From positions 24,326 through 88,325 of IMG/VR virus record IMGVR_UViG_3300019763_000006: a stretch of 64,000 nucleotides of DNA. The stretch is one strand, 5' to 3'. The notes below the pieces were generated by a model that searched no databases, had not been told where the DNA came from, and worked only from the letters and a program-made list of their open reading frames with translations. This DNA is from a virus. Shown in pieces: positions 30,497 through 39,954 of this stretch; the stretch's first letter is position 1; each line of letters starts with the position of its first letter. A program made the translations under genes and the position numbers.

Positions 30497-32332
30497 ATGG
30501 CAGTTTGGGGAAATGAAATTATTAATGAAAAGAAAAAAGAAAAAAATAAATGTAAACATATTGATAAACATTTATTAGGTGATTCATTAAAAGAAGAAAT
30601 AGATAATAAAAGAAATAAAACAGATAAAATAGAATATAGTGATGTTGTAAATGTAAATATATCTTTAAGTGATTTAGGTGTAGATATTAATAATTTATTA
30701 CAGATTATGCAAAATAAAATTAATAGTAATTCTAAATTAAATTATAATAATATAACGAATAAAAATATTATTTATAATGATTTAGCTGAAACATTAAAAT
30801 CTTTAATAAATTCAAAATTAGACAGCGATTCACAGTTAAATTTTAATAATATTGTAGGAATAAATATTACAAAAGAAAAATTAAGTTTAAGTTTGCAAAA
30901 TGAATTGGATAACAAATTAGACGGTAATTCAACATTACCATATAGTCAAATTACAGATATTTCTATCACAAAAGATGATTTAAATAGTAGTTTAAAAAAT
31001 GAAATAGATAATAAATTAACAAATGAGTCAATTATTAGTTGGGAAAATATTTCTGGAAAACCTCAATTAGCTGATGGAAGTTGGAAACCTCCTGTAGAAA
31101 ATTTTTCTGATTTGCCTTTAAATAATAATCAAGATGGAGATTTAAGAATTGTTCTGTCTCAAAATATCGTTTATACATGGACAGATAAAGACACTGGAGT
31201 TTTTCATTGGGAAGAAATTGGTGCAAATGATACAAATGTTGAATGGACACATATTCAGAATAAACCTAGTACATTTACACCATCTAATCATAGCCATAAT
31301 GATTTATATTATACAGAAAGTGAAATACAATCATTATATTATAATAAAACCTATTTGAATGAATATTTACATCAGCATAGCAATAAAAATATTTTAGATA
31401 CTATTGATTCTTCTAAAATAAATAATTGGGATAAAGTAACTTTAAAAGCAAATGCTATAGATTTAGGGAATCATATAGGTAATGCAACTATGCATACTAC
31501 TTTTAGTGATAAAACAAAATGGAATCAGGTTGTAAATAAAGTTGATAAAATTAGCGGTAAAAGTTTATCAACGGAGGATTTTACTACTAATTTAAAAGAT
31601 AAATTAGAAGCATTATCAGAGTCAGCCAGTATTGATTATACAAATATGCATAATGATTTAGAAAGTCATATTACTAATAGTAGTGTGCATGTTACTAGTA
31701 TAGAAAAACAAAAATGGGATGATGTATTAAATAAAGTTAATCAAGAGGTGTTTGAAAACCATTCTAATAATTCTAATATCCATGTTACTAGTACAGAAAA
31801 GAATTTAATAAATCAGATAACTTCTAAAGCATCAAATGTGACATTAAATAATCATATTAATAATGAGGATGTCCACGTTACTAGTATAGAAAAAACAAAG
31901 TGGAATAATATGATTCCGTTAAGTGGTACAACAGAACTAGAAGGGGATATAATACCAAATAATGGTGGATGTAATTTAGGAAATGGTAGTAGAAGATTTT
32001 CACGTATTTATGGGAGTTTTGGATTTTTTTCATTTTTATATAATTTATCTTATTTTTATTGTTCTCCAACTTTCCCTGATAACTATTATTTAAGTTTTGG
32101 AAGTGGAAAAGATTTAAGATTCTATCACAAGTCATCAAATGACATATCATACATCTCTACCCAACAAAATCATGACACAATCTTTTCAGCAAATCCAACT
32201 GGTTCAGCTGAAATACCTATGTTGACGATGAAAAGTGATGGAAGTAAATTAGTAGCAGATGTTGAAATTGAGAATGTTGTGACGGTAGGAGCTAATCAAC
32301 CAAAATGTGGCTTATGGTTAAAAGTAGTATAG
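30497..32332 (+). CDS. Tail fibre protein with His-containing repeats
   Basis: WTHIQNKPSTFTPSNHSH, NKVDKISGKSLSTEDFT and H..N...HVT..EK.KW repeats. Confidence 0.7.
   Translation: MAVWGNEIINEKKKEKNKCKHIDKHLLGDSLKEEIDNKRNKTDKIEYSDVVNVNISLSDLGVDINNLLQIMQNKINSNSKLNYNNITNKNIIYNDLAETLKSLINSKLDSDSQLNFNNIVGINITKEKLSLSLQNELDNKLDGNSTLPYSQITDISITKDDLNSSLKNEIDNKLTNESIISWENISGKPQLADGSWKPPVENFSDLPLNNNQDGDLRIVLSQNIVYTWTDKDTGVFHWEEIGANDTNVEWTHIQNKPSTFTPSNHSHNDLYYTESEIQSLYYNKTYLNEYLHQHSNKNILDTIDSSKINNWDKVTLKANAIDLGNHIGNATMHTTFSDKTKWNQVVNKVDKISGKSLSTEDFTTNLKDKLEALSESASIDYTNMHNDLESHITNSSVHVTSIEKQKWDDVLNKVNQEVFENHSNNSNIHVTSTEKNLINQITSKASNVTLNNHINNEDVHVTSIEKTKWNNMIPLSGTTELEGDIIPNNGGCNLGNGSRRFSRIYGSFGFFSFLYNLSYFYCSPTFPDNYYLSFGSGKDLRFYHKSSNDISYISTQQNHDTIFSANPTGSAEIPMLTMKSDGSKLVADVEIENVVTVGANQPKCGLWLKVV
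31688..31903 (+). repeat. 93-bp (31-aa) intragenic repeat
   Basis: ca(t/c)gttactagta(t/c)agaaaa at 31688, 31781 and 31874. Confidence 0.8.
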
Positions 32333-32339
32333 CAGTAAA

Positions 32340-32431
32340 TAAAAGTAAGGTTTTAATGACTTTTTGAAAATTTAAAACGTTGAAATTTCAACGTTTGTAA
32401 GCATGGTAAAAATTGTAAAAAGTTAATTTTA
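32340..32431. repeat. Dispersed bipartite element, copy 2 (symmetric)
   Basis: taaaa-gtaagg-tttta, 19 bp, perfect palindrome aaacgttgaaatttcaacgttt (32375-32396), 19 bp, taaaa-agttaa-tttta. Confidence 0.85.
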
Positions 32432-32456
32432 ATAATAGAAAGGTGTGATTTTTTAT

Positions 32457-33275
32457 ATGGCTATAAAAAATGTAGAAATCAGAGACCCAAACAGTAATTA
32501 TACTGATATTTTACACCCAATTACAGGTGCGGATGTAGTTTTAAGTACTGATGGGACAGAAGATAGTTTAGATACAGCTATTGGAGTAAGAAGTAATTTA
32601 AATACTACAGATAAAAGTAGTATAGTTAATGCAATAAATGAAGTAAACGACAATACGGGCTCACCTCTTACAACAAATGGTGATATACTTATTTATAATA
32701 ATGGAGATACAAGATTACCAAAAGGGACAGACGGACAAGTTTTAAAATTAGATAGCGGTTTACCTAGTTGGCAAGATGAACAAGGCGGAGCGTGGGAAAC
32801 GGTATCTAGTGTTGTTTTAGTAAGTAATACCTCACAGATAAATTTTGAAAACTTAAATTTATCTACTTATAAAATTTTAAAATTAATTATAAAAGCTAAA
32901 TCTAATGGACTCTATCAATTTAATGTAAGATTTAATAATTTAACTTCAAATTACAGGAGTTCATTAATTTATGGGGACGCACCTTCTACGCCTAGATATT
33001 CTGGAAGTACATCTAATGGAGGTTCGATAGATATACCTAGGGGAATATCATCATTATTTACAAGCGATGGGTTTACAGGAGTAGAAATTGATATACTTCC
33101 TTATGGAGAAATGCGAAATTTAGGATTAAATTATAAATGTTATAGTACGAGCGTATTTATAGGTCATGGATGTTTATTTGAACAATCAGTAACTTTGTCT
33201 AGTATTCAATTGTTTTTGCAAAGTCCTGGAGAATTTGCAACAGGTTCAGCATTTACATTATTGGGGGTGAAATAA
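32457..33275 (+). CDS. Tail fibre/receptor-binding protein
   Basis: LNTTDKSSIVNAINEV and TRLPKGTDGQVL shaft motifs, beta-rich head ending FTLLGVK; start at ATG 32457 (track 32445). Confidence 0.7.
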   Translation: MAIKNVEIRDPNSNYTDILHPITGADVVLSTDGTEDSLDTAIGVRSNLNTTDKSSIVNAINEVNDNTGSPLTTNGDILIYNNGDTRLPKGTDGQVLKLDSGLPSWQDEQGGAWETVSSVVLVSNTSQINFENLNLSTYKILKLIIKAKSNGLYQFNVRFNNLTSNYRSSLIYGDAPSTPRYSGSTSNGGSIDIPRGISSLFTSDGFTGVEIDILPYGEMRNLGLNYKCYSTSVFIGHGCLFEQSVTLSSIQLFLQSPGEFATGSAFTLLGVK

Positions 33276-33793
33276 TGGCAGATAAATTAATAATCTCTAA
33301 TGATGGAGTGCAAGAAGTTGCATTTACACAAGAAGAAATAGCACAAAGACAATTAGAATTAGAACAAAAAAATCTACAAGATGCTCAAAATGAAACAATT
33401 ATTAAGCAACATTCTAATACGGTAGTAACAAATAATATTTCATCAATTATAGAGCCTACAAGAATGTCTATAACACAAATAGAGAGTTGTTGGTGTATTA
33501 CATTATGTAAAATAGAAAAAACAGAAATTATTCAAGTAAATGGAGTAGATACAACAAATTACGTTTATGATAAAATTGAAATTCAAAGAGTAGTTGAAGA
33601 TAGTCAAACATTACAAGAAATCACAGGATATTATGATGTATTATTTGATAAAATGTTTAAAGATAGTTTAAATCCAGAAATTGAAAAATTAGAAAAAATT
33701 ACAAGTGATATACAAATGACAACTGTGATTACAGACTTGATGAAAAAGAATGCAGAGTTAGAACAAAGAATAGCCGTATTGGAAGGAGTGTAG
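33275..33793 (+). CDS. Tail fibre-associated protein/chaperone (putative)
   Basis: Follows the fibre gene; C-terminal coiled coil ELEQRIAVLEG. Confidence 0.5.
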   Translation: MADKLIISNDGVQEVAFTQEEIAQRQLELEQKNLQDAQNETIIKQHSNTVVTNNISSIIEPTRMSITQIESCWCITLCKIEKTEIIQVNGVDTTNYVYDKIEIQRVVEDSQTLQEITGYYDVLFDKMFKDSLNPEIEKLEKITSDIQMTTVITDLMKKNAELEQRIAVLEGV

Positions 33794-33796
33794 ACT

Positions 33797-33982
33797 ATGA
33801 AGATAAATGAATTCGGTTTAAATAGTTCATTATATAACACAATTTCTTATGATATTCAATTAAGTAGTAAAACAAAAACATATTATATAGATATGGTGAA
33901 CACATGGTTCGATGGGAATTATATAGATTTAGATGAAAAAAATAAATGTCTTGCTTTAATAAATGAAAAATTCCCAGATTAA
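33797..33982 (+). CDS. Small protein, XkdX-like by position and size
   Basis: 61 aa after the fibre chaperone; GNYIDLDE motif. Confidence 0.45.
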   Translation: MKINEFGLNSSLYNTISYDIQLSSKTKTYYIDMVNTWFDGNYIDLDEKNKCLALINEKFPD

Positions 33983-33994
33983 GGAGTTGAAAGT

Positions 33995-34366
33995 ATGAAT
34001 TTGTTTACGATTAATAAACATAAACATCTTCATATGGTAGACAAATATAATTCTAAAGAATTGCTTGAAATAAGTTTGTATAATAGAGTGGGAATGTTCT
34101 TTCTCACTCTTATTTTAATACTTGTCTTTTGTATGTTTTTTAATTTATTTATACCTGAACAGAAAATAAATATCAATACTTGTAAAAAAGAAGTATTGAT
34201 GACAGAATTATATAGCACAGGTGAAGTAAAAGCAAATAGAATTATCGAAAATCGACCTTATGATAGTGTATATGATTTATTAGAAAATAAAATTATGACA
34301 GAGCAATGGTTACAGATGAATGTAGATAAAATAAAAGTTGGGAGTGAAGTAAATGACAAAAAATAA
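33995..34366 (+). CDS. Membrane-anchored ComEA-like helix-hairpin-helix protein
   Basis: TM helix, then KININTCKKEVL...TGEVKANRIIENRPYDSVYDL. Confidence 0.7.
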   Translation: MNLFTINKHKHLHMVDKYNSKELLEISLYNRVGMFFLTLILILVFCMFFNLFIPEQKININTCKKEVLMTELYSTGEVKANRIIENRPYDSVYDLLENKIMTEQWLQMNVDKIKVGSEVNDKK

Positions 34367-34382
34367 AGGAGATGGATAATAT

Positions 34383-35408
34383 ATGTATAGGAAAATATTT
34401 GTAAGTTTTTTATTAATAATATTTTTAGGATTTTCAATAACGTTTGCTAGTAATTCATTTTTATATATTGATAATATAAAGATTGATTTGAATTATGCTA
34501 TGAATTATCAACAAGATTTTAATGAATTGTTAGCAAATTTTATAAGAACAGATGGAGATTTAAGTAAGTTAGGATTTTATATTAATGGGGAACAAAAGGA
34601 TATTTATGGAAATCATGATTATAAAGATTTATTTTTAAATAATTATGAATCAAACAAAGATTATACTCAAATTAATTTTTTAAATCTTCAAAATGGTAAT
34701 TATATATATAAATATAATAAAGATTTATATTATCATAATAGTAATGATAATGGATATTTATATAAAAACGAAGAATTATTATATAATCATGAAGTATGGA
34801 ATTTATTTGTTTATAAAGATATTTTATATTTTAATGACTTAACAGATGAAAAATTAAGGAGTATAAATTTAAACACAAAAGAAATTGATATTATTTTTGA
34901 TGGTAATACAGATTTAATTTATGCTTATGATGACATACTTTATTTTAAAGATATTGATTTTGAAACATGGGAATATAAAATCAAAGAAGGAGTATTAAAA
35001 CATAAGATAGGTTCTGTAGACTATTATATGATTTATCAAGATGATTATGTTAATTTAAGTATTACTAACAAAAGTGTTTACTATATTAAGAATAGAAAGA
35101 TTTATGAGTATGAAAAGAATGTAGAAACTTGTAGTTATATCAATGATAAATTATATTTTATTATAGATAATTATTTGTATAAAGATAACGTTATATTCTT
35201 AGAAGATGTAATTAATTATGCGATTTGTGGCAATAAAATATATTATATAAATACAAACAACGAATTATTTTTATATGATAATTATTTAAAGGAAATTAAT
35301 ATTTTAAGCAATGAAGAATGTATACACTTAATTTTGTGTGGAAGTGAATTATATTACACTTATTTTGATGAAAATTATAAAATAAATATAGGGAGGATTG
35401 AATTATAA
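34383..35408 (+). CDS. Exported Tyr-rich beta-propeller-like protein (DUF5050-like)
   Basis: Signal peptide MYRKIFVSFLLIIFLGFSITFA; repeated D.LYY / LYF blade motifs. Confidence 0.55.
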   Translation: MYRKIFVSFLLIIFLGFSITFASNSFLYIDNIKIDLNYAMNYQQDFNELLANFIRTDGDLSKLGFYINGEQKDIYGNHDYKDLFLNNYESNKDYTQINFLNLQNGNYIYKYNKDLYYHNSNDNGYLYKNEELLYNHEVWNLFVYKDILYFNDLTDEKLRSINLNTKEIDIIFDGNTDLIYAYDDILYFKDIDFETWEYKIKEGVLKHKIGSVDYYMIYQDDYVNLSITNKSVYYIKNRKIYEYEKNVETCSYINDKLYFIIDNYLYKDNVIFLEDVINYAICGNKIYYINTNNELFLYDNYLKEINILSNEECIHLILCGSELYYTYFDENYKINIGRIEL

Positions 35409-36352
35409 TGATAGATAAGTTTAAACTTAATGGCTGTATAAAATCACCTTTTGATGCTAATGATTATATTTGTAAAGATATTATACCAAATAATTTAATT
35501 GTCCCTAAAAATTATAAGAGTGAATACAATAAAGTATTACACCAAGGACATGTAAATAGTTGCGTGGCTCATACTTGTGCAAATATCACACATATAACGA
35601 CTTATAAAGAAGAAAATATTTTTAAAGATTTTTCTGTCGGTTTTGTATATGGTAATAGAAAAAATGGATATTGGCAAGGCGAAGGTATGATACAAAGAGA
35701 AGCTATGAAAATATTAAAAAATAATGGCATTTGTGAAAAAGAGATGTTTGATTATAATATTGAAGTGCCTAGATTATATAAAATATTTAATGATAATATT
35801 AATAATAGTATTTTGTCAAATGCAAAAAATTATAGAATTACAAGTTATTATACTTTAAATAATGTAAATGATGTTAAAAAATCCTTATTTTTAAATGGAG
35901 CTTGTACTATTGGCGTAAAAATTAAAGGTGAGGAATTTTATCATTTAAATAAAGAAAATTATATTCTTCATGATAGTAAAAAAGGTGATAAAGTACATGG
36001 AGGTCATTGTATGACAGTTATTGGTTATACAGAGATAGATGGAAAAGTTTATTATATTGTTTTGAATTCTTGGGGTGAAAATTGGGGAAATAGTGGGGAG
36101 TTTTTAATTGCACATGATAATAATATGATATTTGAAATGTGGGGTATAACTGATAAATATTTACCTTCTAATAATGGTAAGTGGTATTTAGCATTAAACA
36201 AAAAACCTATCAGAAGTTTTAAACAAACTAATGGTAAATCTGTTAGAAAAATAAAACAATTTTATTATGTTGTTGAAGAATTCTTTACAGATAAAAATAA
36301 AGCAGAGCAATATTGTAAAGAAAATAATTGTAAAATTTATATAGATAGGTGA
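35408..36352 (+). CDS. Papain-family (C1) cysteine peptidase
   Basis: QGHVNSCVAH (Q, C), GGHCMTVIGY (H), LNSWGENWGNSG (N). Confidence 0.9.
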   Translation: MIDKFKLNGCIKSPFDANDYICKDIIPNNLIVPKNYKSEYNKVLHQGHVNSCVAHTCANITHITTYKEENIFKDFSVGFVYGNRKNGYWQGEGMIQREAMKILKNNGICEKEMFDYNIEVPRLYKIFNDNINNSILSNAKNYRITSYYTLNNVNDVKKSLFLNGACTIGVKIKGEEFYHLNKENYILHDSKKGDKVHGGHCMTVIGYTEIDGKVYYIVLNSWGENWGNSGEFLIAHDNNMIFEMWGITDKYLPSNNGKWYLALNKKPIRSFKQTNGKSVRKIKQFYYVVEEFFTDKNKAEQYCKENNCKIYIDR

Positions 36353-36356
36353 TAAA

Positions 36357-36746
36357 ATGGAAATTTTAATGAATAATATAGAAAAATTAACTCCATATGC
36401 AGTTGTAGTAATATTATTAATTTTAATTGTATCAAAATGGGGCGGTAAAATATTGGATAAGATACCTTCAGTAGATAATAAAAAAAAGAAAAAATCAGAT
36501 GGGGTATATATGGCTTTATCTAAAGCATTAGATGATTTAACGAAACAAACGTTACAATCTAATGAACAAATGAATAATTTAATTACTTTAGTAGTACAAA
36601 GTATAGAAAAAACCAACGAAGATAATGAGAAAATGAGAGAAGAAATCATGGCACTTTCAAAAGAAAATCGTGATAATATTGTACAACAAACCAATGTTTT
36701 AACTTCACTTTTACAAGCTTATTTAGGTGGTGGTAAACGTGATTAA
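36357..36746 (+). CDS. Single-TM coiled-coil protein
   Basis: N-terminal TM followed by a heptad region; holin-like architecture is possible. Confidence 0.55.
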   Translation: MEILMNNIEKLTPYAVVVILLILIVSKWGGKILDKIPSVDNKKKKKSDGVYMALSKALDDLTKQTLQSNEQMNNLITLVVQSIEKTNEDNEKMREEIMALSKENRDNIVQQTNVLTSLLQAYLGGGKRD

Positions 36747-37002
36747 TTTTATAGGATTATTAATATTAGTAATTTTAACAATTATTCTTATATATGTAAT
36801 TATTAAGACATTTGTTTGCCATTCAAAAAATAAAAAAATCAATGACAAGGTGCTATATCAATTTGCAAATTCGATACAAATTAATAGTGAAAAAATTAAA
36901 AAGAACAGAGAAAATTTTGAAGTTAAAAATAAAGATATCATAAAAAATATGACAATAATGTTGGGAGGAAAGACAGATGAATTTAATAGGCATAATCACT
37001 AG
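36727..37002 (+). CDS. Single-TM protein
   Basis: N-terminal hydrophobic helix; overlaps both neighbours. Confidence 0.55.
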   Translation: MVVNVINFIGLLILVILTIILIYVIIKTFVCHSKNKKINDKVLYQFANSIQINSEKIKKNRENFEVKNKDIIKNMTIMLGGKTDEFNRHNH

Positions 37003-37654
37003 TTTGGTTTTTATTATATGCTGTGTATATATTGGTATTCCTTCTATACTGTCATGGAAGAAAGCAAAAGAGAATCATGAATTTATATTTAATTTTGGAG
37101 TTAGTTTTATTATTCTTGCATTTACATTTGTAATATATTTTACTAGTGAATTTACAGATATGAGTAGTTTTGTTTTAACAATTCATTTATTAGATACTTT
37201 TGTATTTTTTAAACAATTACAAGCAATAGAATATATAATGCGTAAGTGTGATATTGGTAAAAATAGTAAAAAATTAAGAATAGGTACAAATATGGTTACG
37301 TTTATTTTTATATTAATGTTTGGATGTAGCTTATATGGATATGGACTAGATGGTAGCCATATTGGTATGCAAGGATTACAAATAATTGGATATTTACCAT
37401 TAGATATTTTATTTGAAGTTTGTCATACATTAATTGCATTTTATATTTTTTATAGATTAACGAATTACAATGGATTTATATATCTAAAAATAGGTTTTTT
37501 ATTTGTTGCAATGAGTGAAATTTTTCAATTATTAAATATTATTATGTATAATTATAATATGGCATTACTTTATATTTTTGAATGGATATTAGCAAATGCA
37601 GGAATACTATTAATGTTTATTTCTACATTTTTGACTTTACGAAAGGAAGAATAA
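36977..37654 (+). CDS. Polytopic membrane protein (about 7 TM)
   Basis: Seven hydrophobic segments in 225 aa, with intramembrane H/D/E residues. Confidence 0.7.
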   Translation: MNLIGIITSLVFIICCVYIGIPSILSWKKAKENHEFIFNFGVSFIILAFTFVIYFTSEFTDMSSFVLTIHLLDTFVFFKQLQAIEYIMRKCDIGKNSKKLRIGTNMVTFIFILMFGCSLYGYGLDGSHIGMQGLQIIGYLPLDILFEVCHTLIAFYIFYRLTNYNGFIYLKIGFLFVAMSEIFQLLNIIMYNYNMALLYIFEWILANAGILLMFISTFLTLRKEE

Positions 37655-37655
37655 T

Positions 37656-37976
37656 ATGAAACCAAAATCTAATAAATGTGCAATAACTTTATTAATTGTA
37701 TTAATAATAGTAATATCTTTTACATTTTTGTTTTTTGGATTGCATTTAAATAAAAAAAATATTCATAATGCTACAAGAGAAGAAATAAGAGCTGCTCTAT
37801 ATAGTGAAAATTATGATGGATTAGTAGATGAAATAGTTATATATTTATCTAATAATAAAAATTGTAATATAGATAATTTAAAAGTAATCAATGGAATTGG
37901 AGATGAAAAAGTTAAAGAATTAAAATTAGTTTTTAGAGATAATATTAGTTTTAAACATTTTTATGAATATGAGTAA
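37656..37976 (+). CDS. Second membrane-anchored ComEA-like HhH protein
   Basis: TM, then KNIHNATREEI...IDNLKVINGIGDEKVKELK. Confidence 0.7.
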   Translation: MKPKSNKCAITLLIVLIIVISFTFLFFGLHLNKKNIHNATREEIRAALYSENYDGLVDEIVIYLSNNKNCNIDNLKVINGIGDEKVKELKLVFRDNISFKHFYEYE

Positions 37977-37993
37977 AAAGGGGAGAAATACTG

Positions 37994-38953
37994 ATGAATT
38001 TACAACAAATAGGAATGTCTATATTAAAAAAATGGTATCATAAAAATAATTTAGTAATGGATTCAATAAATGGTGAAAAAAATGTGGCGCTATTTGTTGA
38101 AGGATTAGGAAGTTATAAAGGTACTAAGAATAAATATCATCCAAATGGAAGATTAGGTGCTTGTGTATTCGTGTTTCATGGGAACGAATTAGTTTATTAT
38201 TCACAAAATGCTAGTACATTACCTGATAAACCACAAGATTTAGATAATAAATTAAAAAAATACAATGGTGGCACTCCAATACCTACTACTATGATTGGTT
38301 CAAATAAACTATATACTAAATATCATGGTAAAAGTAAACCTGAAACTGCTTGTGAGTTAGAATATAGAAATGGTAGAGTTAATGTGATTAGAAATAGTGG
38401 TATAAGCTATTCAACAGGAATAAATATACATCATAGAACTTCAGCATATGATAATTCAAGATATTCATGGTCTACTGGATGTTTAACTATATTACATGAT
38501 AAAAAGCAAAATATGAGTGATTATAGTAAGTTTAGAGAAGGTATTGGTATTACTAAAAACGGTAAATATATAGGAAATGAAAAAAATATAGGCATTTCTA
38601 TTATTGATAGAAGTATGATAAGTGAAGATTTAATTAGTCTTTATATGGATATTTATGGCGAATATTTTGATAAAGCATTTAATATTCAAGATAAAATAAA
38701 TACAAATACTACTATTCCAATTAATAAATCTAAAGACAAATTAAATTTAATTATTAACGATAATTTTGAACAATTAGATGGATTTATCAAGGATGGAAAA
38801 TCTTATATTGAATTTACAGATTTTCTAAAATCTATTAATTTAGATTATTTAGTTAAAAATGGGAAACATTTTGTTGAATTAAGAAATTCTTATGAAACTA
38901 TGGGTAAAAAAGTTTCATGGGATAATAAAAATAAAATAATTAAAATAGATTAA
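37994..38953 (+). CDS. Putative endolysin with L,D-transpeptidase-like catalytic motif
   Basis: GINIHH...WSTGCLTI (H...SxGC); C-terminal copper-amine-oxidase-N-like motif VELRNSYETMGKKVSWD; next to holin-like genes. Confidence 0.6.
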   Translation: MNLQQIGMSILKKWYHKNNLVMDSINGEKNVALFVEGLGSYKGTKNKYHPNGRLGACVFVFHGNELVYYSQNASTLPDKPQDLDNKLKKYNGGTPIPTTMIGSNKLYTKYHGKSKPETACELEYRNGRVNVIRNSGISYSTGINIHHRTSAYDNSRYSWSTGCLTILHDKKQNMSDYSKFREGIGITKNGKYIGNEKNIGISIIDRSMISEDLISLYMDIYGEYFDKAFNIQDKINTNTTIPINKSKDKLNLIINDNFEQLDGFIKDGKSYIEFTDFLKSINLDYLVKNGKHFVELRNSYETMGKKVSWDNKNKIIKID

Positions 38954-38966
38954 AGGAGAGAAATCT

Positions 38967-39293
38967 ATGGATAAAAAAGTAAATATAGATAAAAATAATC
39001 AAATTAAATTTCAGAATACAATGACCAGGAAAAAATATGAATTTTCAAAAATATTTACAATTATAACTTTTATTACTATGGTAGTTCATTTAATTTGTAC
39101 TATAGCTTTTAAAATTAAAGATGTAGATATATTACCTATTTTTACAACTATGATACCAATTTATTTAACTATATTTGGTGGATATTTTGGTAAAAGTGGT
39201 TTTGAAAATCATGCAAAAATCAAAATGAATACTTATGATAGTTATAGCGATAACGATGGTTTTGAAATAAATGATGATGGAGAAATACAATGA
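38967..39293 (+). CDS. Holin-like 2-TM protein
   Basis: KYEFSK-TM-TM-GGYFGKSGFEN. Confidence 0.55.
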   Translation: MDKKVNIDKNNQIKFQNTMTRKKYEFSKIFTIITFITMVVHLICTIAFKIKDVDILPIFTTMIPIYLTIFGGYFGKSGFENHAKIKMNTYDSYSDNDGFEINDDGEIQ

Positions 39294-39427
39294 ATCAAGA
39301 AGAATTAAAATTAATTGGAGAACTAGATAATATACTTTCTATAATGAAATGTAAAGCAACTACTCCAGTTTTTAAAAATTTAATTAAATTATTTCAAAGA
39401 GAACTTGCGAAACATCTAATACAATAA
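39290..39427 (+). CDS. Small hypothetical protein (45 aa, not in the ORF track)
   Basis: ATGA overlap with the upstream stop, GGAG RBS; MNQEELKLIGELDNILSIMK... Confidence 0.4.
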   Translation: MNQEELKLIGELDNILSIMKCKATTPVFKNLIKLFQRELAKHLIQ

Positions 39428-39445
39428 TAGAGAAGGAGAGATATT

Positions 39446-39868
39446 ATGGATATAAGTATGGTTTATGTATTGATTATTATGGTAATTACAATTTTATTAT
39501 CAATAGGTGTAAATTGGTTAGTTAAGAAAAAATATATTGATGAAAGTAGTATCGTACTAGTTGCACAAATTCTTGGAGTTGCAAGTGGTATAGTTTCAGA
39601 AATGGGATTTAAAGACCCTAAAATAGTTAAAATTTCTGAAATAGTTAAAACTGCAATAGATGGAATTTTACAAGAAACTAAAGATTACAAAGATATTAAT
39701 AAATTAAAAGAAGATGTATATAATATAACAATTAATTTATGTATTTCACAAAATATTAAATTAAATAGTAATAGAGAAGCTTTAATTAAGCAGATTATTG
39801 ATTTGATTCTACCGTTAGCTATTAAGGCAATAGTAGAACAAGAAGATAAAATAAAAGCGATAAAATAA
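39446..39868 (+). CDS. Holin (LL-H-like architecture, putative)
   Basis: N-terminal TM plus amphipathic helices; last gene of the + strand arm. Confidence 0.55.
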   Translation: MDISMVYVLIIMVITILLSIGVNWLVKKKYIDESSIVLVAQILGVASGIVSEMGFKDPKIVKISEIVKTAIDGILQETKDYKDINKLKEDVYNITINLCISQNIKLNSNREALIKQIIDLILPLAIKAIVEQEDKIKAIK

Positions 39869-39877
39869 GTATTATTA

Positions 39878-39913
39878 AAGGCTAGGGATAAATTCCTTAG
39901 CCTTATTTTTTTT
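39878..39913. terminator. Terminator at the convergence of the two arms
   Basis: aaggctaggga...tccttagcctt plus T-run between convergent gene blocks. Confidence 0.75.
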
Positions 39914-39954
39914 ACTTATATACTTATATTGCATGTTATTTAAGTATAATAGTA

